A stretch of 64,000 nt of DNA from an uncultured virus (IMG/VR IMGVR_UViG_3300043568_001465) (IMGVR_UViG_3300043568_001465); one strand, 5' to 3'; positions 20,206 through 29,734 are shown, counted from the stretch's first letter. Translations and numbers: made by a program. The notes: generated from the letters alone by a model not told the origin.

Positions 20206-20797
20206 GACACTTTTGAATATCAAAAAAAGAAAATCTAAAAAAACACAAATATTATTACATGATACTCATAGACGGTTAGATGAGTACATTATGATGTTAA
20301 AACATAGAAAGGATGGGAAATATGAAGATATTCCCCATTTTTGTATTGATAAACTAGGTAATATCTATAAAATATTTGAACCAGAATATTCATCAAACAC
20401 ATTTAAGACACCTAAAATAGATAATGGGCAAATTAAAATTGCCATTGAAAATCTAGGTTGGTTAAATAAACATAGTGTAACTGGTATACTTTTTAATTGG
20501 ATTAATAGCCCATATAGAGCCGACCCCTACATTAAGAATTGGCGCAATTATAGTTTTTGGGATAGGTACACCGAACCTCAAATGAATTCCTTGGCGGAGT
20601 TATGTATGGTACTCTGTGTCGAGTACGATATTAACTATCACTGCGTACCATCATCTGGTTATATTGAAAATTGTGAAAAGTTCCGCGGAATATTAAGTAA
20701 ATCCAATTTCTCGAATATTTATACTGATATAAACCCTTCATTTAATTTTAATATATTCGAAGAACATGTCAAACAAGCAGAACTGGGGATACGATGA
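20171..20797 (+). CDS. N-acetylmuramoyl-L-alanine amidase-like protein (Amidase_2 fold)
   Basis: ILLHDT, PHFCID..G.IY, I.IE..G and YTEPQ..SL..L motifs. Confidence 0.65.
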   Translation: MLEIRNVEVLDKTLLNIKKRKSKKTQILLHDTHRRLDEYIMMLKHRKDGKYEDIPHFCIDKLGNIYKIFEPEYSSNTFKTPKIDNGQIKIAIENLGWLNKHSVTGILFNWINSPYRADPYIKNWRNYSFWDRYTEPQMNSLAELCMVLCVEYDINYHCVPSSGYIENCEKFRGILSKSNFSNIYTDINPSFNFNIFEEHVKQAELGIR

Positions 20798-21278
20798 TAC
20801 AAAAAAGATGTTAAACAAACTTAGAACGTTAAACGAATCTAAGTCAAACACATCGTCAATCCTTAAAGAAGATATCCAACAAACTGAACCAACACCAGAT
20901 AATGGGGTTGATTACACAGTAATAAACGACGTTGAGGTGAAAATTCACTCATCCGATGAAAAAGATTTAATTATTTCAGACGAAGAGAAACAAGCAATTT
21001 CACAATTAATTGATAATTTCCGTCAGCAAGTAGCTGAATTAGCAGAATTTGAAGAGGGATTTAACATCACCACAGATGAGGTTAGATTAGACGGTACAAT
21101 ACCAGACAACGACATTAGTTTTGTTTTTGTTATTGGATCTGAGAGTGGTGTCTATGTTAATTGCGACATGACTAAGTTAGATTCGGAAGTTATTCAAGTA
21201 ATGGATAAACTTGAAAAATTCTATCACACATTTAGTGATTCCGCTAATGATTTCATTTTAAATAGAAAAAACAATTAA
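20766..21278 (+). CDS. hypothetical acidic protein, possible head-associated
   Basis: 170 aa; KKMLNKLR.LNES...ILKE leader. Confidence 0.55.
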   Translation: MSNKQNWGYDDTKKMLNKLRTLNESKSNTSSILKEDIQQTEPTPDNGVDYTVINDVEVKIHSSDEKDLIISDEEKQAISQLIDNFRQQVAELAEFEEGFNITTDEVRLDGTIPDNDISFVFVIGSESGVYVNCDMTKLDSEVIQVMDKLEKFYHTFSDSANDFILNRKNN

Positions 21279-21279
21279 A

Positions 21280-21519
21280 ATGGCATTAAGTAACGACGAT
21301 AAGAAGGAAATTGAAAAAATAGCCAAAAAGGAAATCAAGGATTTCTTAGACACAACTAAGGCACACGAAATTGTAATTAAAATCATTCAGAAAGAACTAG
21401 GTTCAAAAAAAATTGATGATAAGATAGTTGAGTTGTCAACTAAAGTTGTTGTTGAGTTATTCAAAACCTTATGGCAAAGAAAAGGTTTCTGGGAATCAGC
21501 ACTTAAAAGCGTTAAATAA
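21280..21519 (+). CDS. hypothetical protein
   Basis: 79 aa helical ORF, translationally coupled to its neighbours. Confidence 0.6.
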   Translation: MALSNDDKKEIEKIAKKEIKDFLDTTKAHEIVIKIIQKELGSKKIDDKIVELSTKVVVELFKTLWQRKGFWESALKSVK

Positions 21520-22409
21520 TGCAGTATACTAAGCCAAATTTAAACCGCGAATGGAATGAAGCACGTAGATACTCATTTTTAAAAAAAATGGGAAAGAAGG
21601 TGTGGGTTGAGTTTGCTAGTAAAAATTTTCAGATTTTAAATTATGAATCAATTAAAGACCAATTAGGTAATGTTGATTTAGATTATGAAAATTTAGATAA
21701 AGATAAGAAAATACGCTTTGAAAGGGACTTTAAGAAAGGTGTTATTGAAATACCGATAGCTGTTAAAATATACGAGGATTATTACGATTTAGTAGGTGGT
21801 AACACAAGGTTAGCCGGTTTGATTAAAAACAACATAAACCCAAAACTATGGGTAATAGATGCGGCGGATAAGATAGATGTTGAAGATCCAATAGAAGAAA
21901 GTAAAAATATTATGAAAAAAGAGAATAAAGAATCAACCGACGCTTCGTCATCTGGAGCATTTTCAGCCCCACTAGGCGCTAAAAACAAAGGTCTTGGTAA
22001 AGTTATAAAGAAACCAATTTCTGGGCTTAAAAACAGCAAGAAATACAATGTTGAGCAAGATATGGACGAAGCTACTGACGCTTCATCATCCGGGGCTTAT
22101 GATGTACCATTCGGTGCTGGCGGTAAATCACCATTAAAGATTGGTGGACCAAGTAGTATTAAAAACAGTAGAGCGGTTAAAGATAAAAATTTTCCTAAGT
22201 GGGGTGGTCCTGGAGGTGTTTATGTTGCGGTAAAGGAAAAATGTAAAAAGTTTCCTTATTGTAACCAAGGGGATATTAATTCACTAGAGTTTATTTCAGA
22301 AGTAGAGGGTTTAAAGGAAGCAATTAACGAAGTTGCAAAAAAACACGGGTTTTCACCTAAAGAAGTTGAAAAATTAGTATTAAATGAAATAAAACAGATA
22401 TTTATTTAG
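21519..22409 (+). CDS. ParB/Srx-like domain fused to repeated TDASSSGA peptides
   Basis: PIAV...LVGGNTRL resembles the ParB-like GxxR motif; two E(S/A)TDASSSGA(F/Y)xxP repeats. Confidence 0.5.
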   Translation: MQYTKPNLNREWNEARRYSFLKKMGKKVWVEFASKNFQILNYESIKDQLGNVDLDYENLDKDKKIRFERDFKKGVIEIPIAVKIYEDYYDLVGGNTRLAGLIKNNINPKLWVIDAADKIDVEDPIEESKNIMKKENKESTDASSSGAFSAPLGAKNKGLGKVIKKPISGLKNSKKYNVEQDMDEATDASSSGAYDVPFGAGGKSPLKIGGPSSIKNSRAVKDKNFPKWGGPGGVYVAVKEKCKKFPYCNQGDINSLEFISEVEGLKEAINEVAKKHGFSPKEVEKLVLNEIKQIFI

Positions 22410-22410
22410 T

Positions 22411-23736
22411 ATGAAAGTTAACGAATTAAAACAGCTAATAGAAAATACCCTTGCTAAAGAGGTTAAAAAAGCAATATTAGAAAGTGCTGACGAAGTATAT
22501 ATAATAAAAAATAAAGAAGGTGAACCTATTGAAATGTGTGCAACTCAAGAAGAAGCAGACGAAAAATTAGATAGCTACCAAAAATCAGGTAAAGAATTCA
22601 TCATCGAAAAAGAACCAAAACCATCCATTGACGAATTAGACGAAATGGGTGAAAATTTAGAAAACATGGAAACAGAAAAACAACCAATGGAAGGAAATGA
22701 GTTCACAGGAGCTCTTAAAGCAGCTAAAGATGCTGGTGAAGAATCATTCACAGTAGATGGTAAAGAATATGATGTTGAAGAATGCTGGTCCAAACAAATG
22801 GAAGAAGATGAGTGTATGGAATGTGGTTCAAATATGAAAGAAGGCGATGACTCTGAACACAGCAAAAAATTTGATATGGCAATAGATACTTCAAAATATA
22901 AGTTTTTAAAGAACATAAATGCTAAAACTTCAAAAGATAAAACACCTGAAGAACATAATGAATCAATGGGCGACTCTGAAGACAAATATTCATTCAATAA
23001 ATTAAAATTTGAACCAAAATCAGAAGAAGGTGAAGTATCAGAAGATGATGCTCAAATGTGCTCTGAGTGCGGTTCTCAAATGTACGAAGGTGTGTGCAAT
23101 GAGTGTGGTGGTGCAATGAATGAAAGCAAGAAAAGAAAGGTTAAATTAACTGAAAGTGAATTAGTTGACTTCATTAATAAAATAGTAAAAGAATCTGTTC
23201 CAGGTTTAAGAATAGCTACTGATATGAAAAGTAAAAGTGGTAAAATTAATACTGATGCAAACAAAGAAACTGGAGATAAAATCAAAAAGTCATTAAATTT
23301 TGAGAATAATAATAATCCAGATTTCCCTAATCAAATAGGTAAAGAAAAAGAAAAAGCAGCTAGAACAAATTCAGAAGATGAAGATGAATATGTTCAAGAT
23401 TGGAGAGGTGGATCTATGTTAGATTTAAAATATGATAGTGAGCCATCAGATCAATTTAAAGATAGATTAAAGAAAGCATTAGAAGGTGACAAAACAACTG
23501 GAAACGCACAAGATGGTGACGTTGCTAATGTAATCAAAAGTGATTTAGGTAAAAAAATAGCGAAAGCGGTAGAAAGAAAAAAAGAAAACGTTAAAAAGAT
23601 GCCATTGTACAAAAAAGATATTCAACCATCGAAAGAAACATCGTCGGTTAATGAATCTTTAAAAACCAAATCAGTTCTTAATGAGGAAATCAAAAGAATG
23701 AAGGATATGGTTCAGTACAATAAAAAAACTCAATAA
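22411..23736 (+). CDS. acidic putative prohead core/internal protein
   Basis: 441 aa, E/K-rich; CxECG repeats; KVKLTESEL..FI.KIVKE and LNEEIKRMK motifs; TATTTAT-N5-ATG. Confidence 0.55.
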   Translation: MKVNELKQLIENTLAKEVKKAILESADEVYIIKNKEGEPIEMCATQEEADEKLDSYQKSGKEFIIEKEPKPSIDELDEMGENLENMETEKQPMEGNEFTGALKAAKDAGEESFTVDGKEYDVEECWSKQMEEDECMECGSNMKEGDDSEHSKKFDMAIDTSKYKFLKNINAKTSKDKTPEEHNESMGDSEDKYSFNKLKFEPKSEEGEVSEDDAQMCSECGSQMYEGVCNECGGAMNESKKRKVKLTESELVDFINKIVKESVPGLRIATDMKSKSGKINTDANKETGDKIKKSLNFENNNNPDFPNQIGKEKEKAARTNSEDEDEYVQDWRGGSMLDLKYDSEPSDQFKDRLKKALEGDKTTGNAQDGDVANVIKSDLGKKIAKAVERKKENVKKMPLYKKDIQPSKETSSVNESLKTKSVLNEEIKRMKDMVQYNKKTQ

Positions 23737-23784
23737 TAACCTTTTAAATTTTCCTTTTATCCGCATATTTTAATATATTTGGGT

Positions 23785-24240
23785 ATGAGAAAACAGGAAG
23801 GGTATTTAGAATTTATCTCCTCGGAAAACTACAAAAATCAAGTGGAGGTTTGGTATCGCGCTTATAATATTATACGCGAAAAGGTTGAATTGTTTCACGA
23901 TTTAATCACAACTTTACACACTATTATCGAAGAAACCTACTTGGGTCCTGATGTTCTAAATGAAGACAAGGATCAAAAGGGGCATTTCGATTGGTGCTGG
24001 AGAAAAACCCTGTCTAATTTCGAGAAAGAGAACATTCATTTTAAAGAAAGTGGTGCCCACTATGACTATTTTTGGGCTTTTTTCCACGAAGCATTCTATA
24101 TAAATGAGGTTGAAGGTAAGAACAATCGAATCAAAGATTATTTTTATAAGTTATTCACATTCAATTACAAAAAAACCAGATCTGAGTTAGATATCCTAAC
24201 TGAAATATACAAGGTATTCGAGTCAAATATCAAAAAGTAA
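23785..24240 (+). CDS. hypothetical protein
   Basis: ATG 23785, 3 nt after TATATTTG. Confidence 0.6.
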   Translation: MRKQEGYLEFISSENYKNQVEVWYRAYNIIREKVELFHDLITTLHTIIEETYLGPDVLNEDKDQKGHFDWCWRKTLSNFEKENIHFKESGAHYDYFWAFFHEAFYINEVEGKNNRIKDYFYKLFTFNYKKTRSELDILTEIYKVFESNIKK

Positions 24241-24306
24241 AAAAAAACCTCGATATTGACTTGTTAAACCGGGTTTTTTTATGTACATTAGTTCAAAATA
24301 ATTACT

Positions 24307-24486
24307 ATGGAAACTTTAAAGAAAATCAAAGAGCTTGTCGAAAAGATGTCTGTTGATACCCAAAAAGTGTTTGAAAAGGGAAATAGAAGTGCATCTATTA
24401 GGGCAAGAAAACATGCACAAGAAATTAAAGCGCTATTAGGTGTATACAGAAAAGATGTTCTAGAAGAAATTAAAAAACATGATTAA
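24307..24486 (+). CDS. histone H1-like (Hc1 family) nucleoid protein, 59 aa, not in the ORF track
   Basis: Manual translation METLKKIKELVEKMSVDTQKVFEKGNRSASIRARKHAQEIKALLGVYRKDVLEEIKKHD; matches the KGNxxAxxRARK...K......RK pattern. Confidence 0.75.
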   Translation: METLKKIKELVEKMSVDTQKVFEKGNRSASIRARKHAQEIKALLGVYRKDVLEEIKKHD

Positions 24487-24658
24487 ACAAATCGAAACAT
24501 TTTTATTGGTACTCAGTTTAGTGTACCTATTAAGGTTTGCTATTGAGTTTCTTCTTAAATTAAGAGATGAAAATCCTAAACCCATAGAGATTGCTAAAGT
24601 GAATCAAGTGTTCATTTATTTAGCAATTTCATATGTGATAACATTTATTATTGTATAA
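24479..24658 (+). CDS. 59 aa two-TM membrane protein, not in the ORF track
   Basis: MIKQIETFLLVLSLVYLLRFAIEFLLKLRDENPKPIEIAKVNQVFIYLAISYVITFIIV; fills the gap exactly. Confidence 0.6.
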   Translation: MIKQIETFLLVLSLVYLLRFAIEFLLKLRDENPKPIEIAKVNQVFIYLAISYVITFIIV

Positions 24659-24659
24659 C

Positions 24660-25133
24660 GTGTACGAACTAATATCAGATTTACGACCATATTTCTTTTC
24701 ATTGCGAGAGATTGAAAAGAATGTCAGCTTAGACCTAAGAATACCAACAAACTGGAGGATAGAACATATCCAAGAAGTTGTGTCGCAATATAAATCAATG
24801 GGGTATAAAGTTCAAGACAAGAACGACAAATACCAATTAGTTTCATTAATTGCATTAGCAACACAAGAGGGGTATAATACTGCAAGGTCATGTGCCATAG
24901 AAATAATTAAATACAATCTTGAATTAGAAGAAAAGGAAATATTATTTAAGGATAAGCAAAGGCAATTGCAAGAAGAATATCAAAACAAGATTAGAGAATT
25001 ACAGGATCAATTTAAAAGCGAACCATTAGATAAATTAAAAGGAATTAATATTCAAAAAGAAGATGGAGAAACGGATAAAACAGGGGCTGGACTGGTTGAA
25101 TCGGGAGATGGGGAAGGACCAGACGGAGATTGA
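24660..25133 (+). CDS. hypothetical coiled-coil protein
   Basis: GTG 24660 immediately after the upstream stop. Confidence 0.55.
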   Translation: MYELISDLRPYFFSLREIEKNVSLDLRIPTNWRIEHIQEVVSQYKSMGYKVQDKNDKYQLVSLIALATQEGYNTARSCAIEIIKYNLELEEKEILFKDKQRQLQEEYQNKIRELQDQFKSEPLDKLKGINIQKEDGETDKTGAGLVESGDGEGPDGD

Positions 25134-25266
25134 TTTGCATAAGCAAAAAGTAATAGAAGAAATAAAAAAAATAGATAAATCAAAATTCTTTCAACCTAAA
25201 CCAAAGAAAAAGATATCTATATTAGATAAGATATTAATGATTTTCGGATATGGAAAAAAAGGGTGA
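25063..25266 (+). CDS. hypothetical protein
   Basis: 67 aa ORF overlapping its neighbours. Confidence 0.5.
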   Translation: MEKRIKQGLDWLNREMGKDQTEIDLHKQKVIEEIKKIDKSKFFQPKPKKKISILDKILMIFGYGKKG

Positions 25267-25483
25267 CTTATTTAATCAATTAGCGATAATATCTGATTTA
25301 GTTGAAAGGTGTAACTTGGTTAGTGTTTCAAGTACAATTGTTTTTGAATTAAACAGAGCAGAGTTTGAAAAAGTTTATACTTTAGTTACTCGTAAAACTA
25401 AAATGAGCGGCGGTATGCCAAAAGACACTTTTAATATTCAAATAGGCGAGGTTAACATATTATTTAATATGAATAATGCCTAA
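25250..25483 (+). CDS. hypothetical protein
   Basis: 77 aa ORF. Confidence 0.5.
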   Translation: MEKKGDLFNQLAIISDLVERCNLVSVSSTIVFELNRAEFEKVYTLVTRKTKMSGGMPKDTFNIQIGEVNILFNMNNA

Positions 25484-26111
25484 ACAATTCATGCCTACTA
25501 AAACCCTTCGTGATTAAAAAATCATAGAGTAGTTTTCTTTGATAGGTTGTGATATCTTTAATGAAAAGAAAGTTCCTTCTTTTCTTCTTATGTAAATCAT
25601 TTTTTACTAATTCAAATAATCTATCAGTATCATGTAGATTTTTGTTGCCAAACACTTTGACATCATTTTCTATTTGAACGAATATTTTATTGTTCAATGT
25701 GAATATCTGACAAATCTCCTCAATCCTATTAAGTTTGAACATCATTTCGTGATAACGGATGTGTTTTTTTTGTTCAAAATCATAGATACGTTCTTCTTCC
25801 CACCAAGGTATTATTTCTTTAACCCTAAACTTAGGATCATCCAAGGACACCTCGATATTTCTACCTAGTTCGTCTTTTTTATATGCTTTATCAGTAGTTG
25901 ACCATCTATTGATGGGGTAAACTAGGAACAATTCAAAATTTAACTTAGTACGCTTTCTACCTCTAATTTCAGCACAGTATGTTGGTTTTCTTTGCGTTTT
26001 ATACTCTGACCAGTAGTCCATAATAGTGCTACGTTTTGCACACTTATGTAGAACTTTCTTCTTTACACCATTTAGATATAAGATTATGAAATACTTAAAA
26101 TTCTGCTTCAT
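25464..26111 (-). CDS. hypothetical basic protein
   Basis: ATG 26111 in ATGA overlap with the upstream small ORF. Confidence 0.6.
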   Translation of the reverse strand: MKQNFKYFIILYLNGVKKKVLHKCAKRSTIMDYWSEYKTQRKPTYCAEIRGRKRTKLNFELFLVYPINRWSTTDKAYKKDELGRNIEVSLDDPKFRVKEIIPWWEEERIYDFEQKKHIRYHEMMFKLNRIEEICQIFTLNNKIFVQIENDVKVFGNKNLHDTDRLFELVKNDLHKKKRRNFLFIKDITTYQRKLLYDFLITKGFSRHELFRHYSY

Positions 26112-26257
26112 ATGAATTTGGTAATTAAAGAATAAATCCCATAAACAGCAAATGCTGACCAGATAACGAGGAACCAAATAGCTGATTTTGTGGTATATTC
26201 GCTAACCTCATCAAACTGTCTTTTTAATTCTTTCTTTTTACAACTTGTACATGACAT
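26108..26257 (-). CDS. 49 aa CxxC + TM protein, not in the ORF track
   Basis: MSCTSCKKKELKRQFDEVSEYTTKSAIWFLVIWSAFAVYGIYSLITKFI; ATGA-coupled to the next gene; TATATTAC 3 nt upstream. Confidence 0.6.
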   Translation of the reverse strand: MSCTSCKKKELKRQFDEVSEYTTKSAIWFLVIWSAFAVYGIYSLITKFI

Positions 26258-26357
26258 AAGGTAATATAGTGGTTTATTATATATATTTCAACCCAATATT
26301 TCTTTTTTTGTTTTTTTTGTAATATATTTAATAATCTAATTAAAAATATTTATTAGA

Positions 26358-26882
26358 ATGGAAAACAAATGGTATGTGTTAAAAGTAACACCAGGAAAAG
26401 AAAGACAAATGAATGAAAATTTTAATACGTTAATCGCATTAGATAGAATGGGTTACGTAAATAGATTCATATGCCCAATGGAAAAGGAGTTTGTTGTATT
26501 AAGAAAAAAGAAGGTTTTAAGGGATAAAATATTGTATAGCGGATATCTTTATTTTGAAACACCAAGAGAATTAAACGATAATGAATTAAAAGAAATCTCA
26601 AGCCATCCTTTTGTTATGTCTATGTTAGGGGATAAGAAACCTAGATTGATGGGTAGACACGATATTGGTAAAATTATTAAAGATGAGATGTTAAATGAAC
26701 ATAAGTATGTAAAATCAATTACCTTTGTAGCAGGTGAGGATGTTGTATTAACAGACGGACCATTTGCTTCATTCAACGGTACCATTATAGAAATTAAAGG
26801 TGACAAAGTGGAATTGCAAGTTAAAATTTTTGGTCGCTTAACACCTGTAACAATAGACATTCAAAATATTAAAAAGATATGA
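26358..26882 (+). CDS. nusG: NusG-family transcription elongation/antitermination factor
   Basis: NGN domain KWYVL.V..GKE...GYLY; KOW domain F..GE.V...DGPFASFNG.I.EI...V.IFGR.TPV. Confidence 0.9.
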   Translation: MENKWYVLKVTPGKERQMNENFNTLIALDRMGYVNRFICPMEKEFVVLRKKKVLRDKILYSGYLYFETPRELNDNELKEISSHPFVMSMLGDKKPRLMGRHDIGKIIKDEMLNEHKYVKSITFVAGEDVVLTDGPFASFNGTIIEIKGDKVELQVKIFGRLTPVTIDIQNIKKI

Positions 26883-27172
26883 GTAACCCAGAAGTTTTAA
26901 TATACGTAGAACGCATTAAACATTTCCTTAAAATAAATGAAGATGCTAGAAACTATTTCATTGTTAATGGTAATGAAGATAAATTTTTCACCCAACTATC
27001 AAACATTTCAGAAAAAAACTTTAAAAAGAACGGAGAACCAGAATTGACAAAAGAGCAAATGGAATCCTTGCGTTTAAATGTTGTGTTAGAAACCGTTGAA
27101 GAAAGACCAAAGTATAGACAAGAAGGTATCTATTTTATTTTTAACGATTATCCACCAACTTCATTGAATTAG
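26879..27172 (+). CDS. hypothetical protein
   Basis: 97 aa, ATGA-coupled to nusG. Confidence 0.6.
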   Translation: MSNPEVLIYVERIKHFLKINEDARNYFIVNGNEDKFFTQLSNISEKNFKKNGEPELTKEQMESLRLNVVLETVEERPKYRQEGIYFIFNDYPPTSLN

Positions 27173-27208
27173 GTTTCACTTTTCACTTTTTTTCCGTATC
27201 TTTAATTT

Positions 27209-28273
27209 ATGAGAAAATTTCCAGTAGAACTAAAAATGTACGATACAACGTATGGTACGGATATCCCATCAGAACAATTATTTTTACTTTATTTTGATTC
27301 TGTGGTCTCAAAAGAGACGGGTAAAGAATATTATAACCCATTTGTTTTTACGCACTTTACGGAGAATGGTTTTGAAATTGAATGTCGTAATGTTAGAAAT
27401 CGTAGACATGACACCTATAATGATAATCTTTTAGTACACAAGGAAAAAGAGATTATGATTAAGATTTCTAGCTGTTCAGAAAAAGATCCTGACTTATACC
27501 AAATAGAGTTTTTCTACAACATTAAAAAGGGTAAAAGGGATGAGCAATTCTCTTTTTTAGATTTGAAAAAATACGAAAAGAAAAAAATTAAAGCAAACAT
27601 TTCGTTGGTTAAAAGTGAGATGGGACATTTAGAAACGCAAGATTATGATTTACCAATACCAGATATTGATTTGGGATTAAACTACGGTAAAGATTTCTTA
27701 AAGGTTCACGATGTTATTATTGAAAAGCTAAATAAACCAAGAGGGAAGGGTATTATTTTATTACATGGTGAACCAGGTACTGGTAAAACATCTTATCTAA
27801 AATACATTACTAAGTTAATAACCGAAAAGGATATTTTATTTATTCCGCCATCATTAGCTGAAGCGTTGTCTGAACCATCAATCATACCATTCTTAATGGA
27901 ACATCGTGACAGTATTTTAGTAATTGAAGATGCTGAACGCGTAATCTCAGATAGAGAGGGTAATGGTTCTCCGGCCGGTGTGTCTAATGTTTTAAACATA
28001 ACAGACGGTATTTTGGGTGATTGTTTGAACATTCAAATAATTGCAACGTTTAACATGAAAAGAGAACGTATTGACCAAGCATTACTAAGAAAAGGTAGAT
28101 TAATTGCTGAACATAAATTTGAGAAACTAGCAATTGAGGATACAAACAATTTATTAAAGCATCTAAAAAAAGATATTGTTTCAGAAGAAGCAATGACACT
28201 TGCGGATATATATAATATAGACATCGAACTTATCAAATCAACAAATAAAAATACAAGTAAAATAGGATTTTAA
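27209..28273 (+). CDS. AAA+ ATPase
   Basis: GEPGTGKT, LVIEDAE, IDQALLRKGRL (SRH), C-terminal KIGF. Confidence 0.9.
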   Translation: MRKFPVELKMYDTTYGTDIPSEQLFLLYFDSVVSKETGKEYYNPFVFTHFTENGFEIECRNVRNRRHDTYNDNLLVHKEKEIMIKISSCSEKDPDLYQIEFFYNIKKGKRDEQFSFLDLKKYEKKKIKANISLVKSEMGHLETQDYDLPIPDIDLGLNYGKDFLKVHDVIIEKLNKPRGKGIILLHGEPGTGKTSYLKYITKLITEKDILFIPPSLAEALSEPSIIPFLMEHRDSILVIEDAERVISDREGNGSPAGVSNVLNITDGILGDCLNIQIIATFNMKRERIDQALLRKGRLIAEHKFEKLAIEDTNNLLKHLKKDIVSEEAMTLADIYNIDIELIKSTNKNTSKIGF

Positions 28274-28579
28274 ATGAAATTAATAACAGCAGAACAATTA
28301 AAAACAAAATTAAATAACGGCGAAAAATTACTAGTGGACTTTTACGCTGAATGGTGTGGGCCCTGCAAGTCGTTAATGCCTAGATTAGAAATATTAGAAC
28401 AAGAATTTTCACATATTCAATTTGTTAAAATAGATGTTGACCAAAATCAATCGTATATGGCGGAGAGCGGTATTAGGTCTGTCCCAACAGTTAAGATTTA
28501 TGATGGTGAAACGTTAATCAATCAATCTGCTGGGGCAAATCCAGATAAGTTTTATATAGAACATTTGGAAAAACTTTAA
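28274..28579 (+). CDS. trxA: thioredoxin
   Basis: VDFYAEWCGPCK, I.SVPT. Confidence 0.9.
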   Translation: MKLITAEQLKTKLNNGEKLLVDFYAEWCGPCKSLMPRLEILEQEFSHIQFVKIDVDQNQSYMAESGIRSVPTVKIYDGETLINQSAGANPDKFYIEHLEKL

Positions 28580-28581
28580 TT

Positions 28582-28854
28582 ATGTATACAGTTAATATTT
28601 TTACATTAAATGGGTGTAGTCACTGCGTTGAATTAAAAAAAATGTTAAAGGAAAACAATATCACATTTAACGAACTTGAAATTTCACAACATAAATCAAC
28701 TTTTGATGAGATTGTTAAATTAACTGGTAAAAACTCATTACCAACAACATATTTACAAAATCCTGAAACAGGTGCCGGACCAATTTTTGTTCCTGGGAGA
28801 GATTATCAGAGCAAAGAAGAACTACTAGAAAAGATACTAAAATACATTAATTAA
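28582..28854 (+). CDS. glutaredoxin/NrdH-like redoxin
   Basis: FTLNGCSHC, SLPT cis-Pro motif. Confidence 0.8.
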   Translation: MYTVNIFTLNGCSHCVELKKMLKENNITFNELEISQHKSTFDEIVKLTGKNSLPTTYLQNPETGAGPIFVPGRDYQSKEELLEKILKYIN

Positions 28855-28866
28855 GATTATTTTAAT

Positions 28867-28893
28867 AAAGGGGATGAAAAATCCCCTTTTTTT
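28867..28893 (+). terminator. intrinsic terminator
   Basis: AAAGGGGAT-gaaaa-ATCCCCTTTTTTT. Confidence 0.85.
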
Positions 28894-28942
28894 ATGTCAA
28901 GAAACATAATAAAAGTATTTATGTTAAAGTACCTAGACATAA

Positions 28943-29734
28943 ATGGCTTTACAACAGATAAATTGGTTACAAATTGATACAGCAAACGTCCCATCGGGGT
29001 CGATTGTTGATTTGGGGGCTATCTCCGGAGCATTGCATGCGGTTTACGCAGATAATTTATATATTTCAGGGCAAACGTTAGCCGAAGTCATTGCTGGATC
29101 AGGAACTGACGAATTAAATTTATATACAGCATCATTAAAAAGTGCTATTGAACTTACTGGTTCAAATGTCACAATCAAGGGTGACTTATTGGTTAAAGGT
29201 ACAACTACAGCGATACAGTCAAACACTGTTAGTATAGGTGATAACATCATTGAATTAAATGGTTCAGCAGCTACTTTTGGTGGTTTATTGATAAAAGACC
29301 CAACTGCGCCAAATACTATCTCAGGTTCATTATTATGGGACACTGTAAATGACCAATGGATTGCAGGCCCTGAAGGGTTTGAGGAAGCGATAATATTACA
29401 AGGTGATTATGACGCTTTTTCTAGTTCAGTTGCAATAGCAATCAATGAAAGCGGTATTTGGAGACCAACTGGCTCATTTTATGCAACAACAAACGATTTA
29501 GAATTAACTGGTTCGTTAACAATTAAGGGTAATTTAAGAGTTGAGGGTACAACTACGTTAATTCAAACCACTGATCCTAATAGAGAATCTTTAATTGTAT
29601 CTGGGGCAATGAATATCGTTAAAAATCAAATAAATTCACAAGTTATTTCCGCATCATTAGCAATACAAGGACTAGGTAGGTTAGCTGACGCTAATCAGTT
29701 TGCAATTTTTGATTGTGGTGATGGATTTTTCTAA
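28943..29734 (+). CDS. tail fibre-like structural protein
   Basis: G.L.V.GTTT..S..V.I.DNIIELN...GGL...D...SLLWD module, shared with the 29776 and 34297 genes. Confidence 0.65.
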   Translation: MALQQINWLQIDTANVPSGSIVDLGAISGALHAVYADNLYISGQTLAEVIAGSGTDELNLYTASLKSAIELTGSNVTIKGDLLVKGTTTAIQSNTVSIGDNIIELNGSAATFGGLLIKDPTAPNTISGSLLWDTVNDQWIAGPEGFEEAIILQGDYDAFSSSVAIAINESGIWRPTGSFYATTNDLELTGSLTIKGNLRVEGTTTLIQTTDPNRESLIVSGAMNIVKNQINSQVISASLAIQGLGRLADANQFAIFDCGDGFF

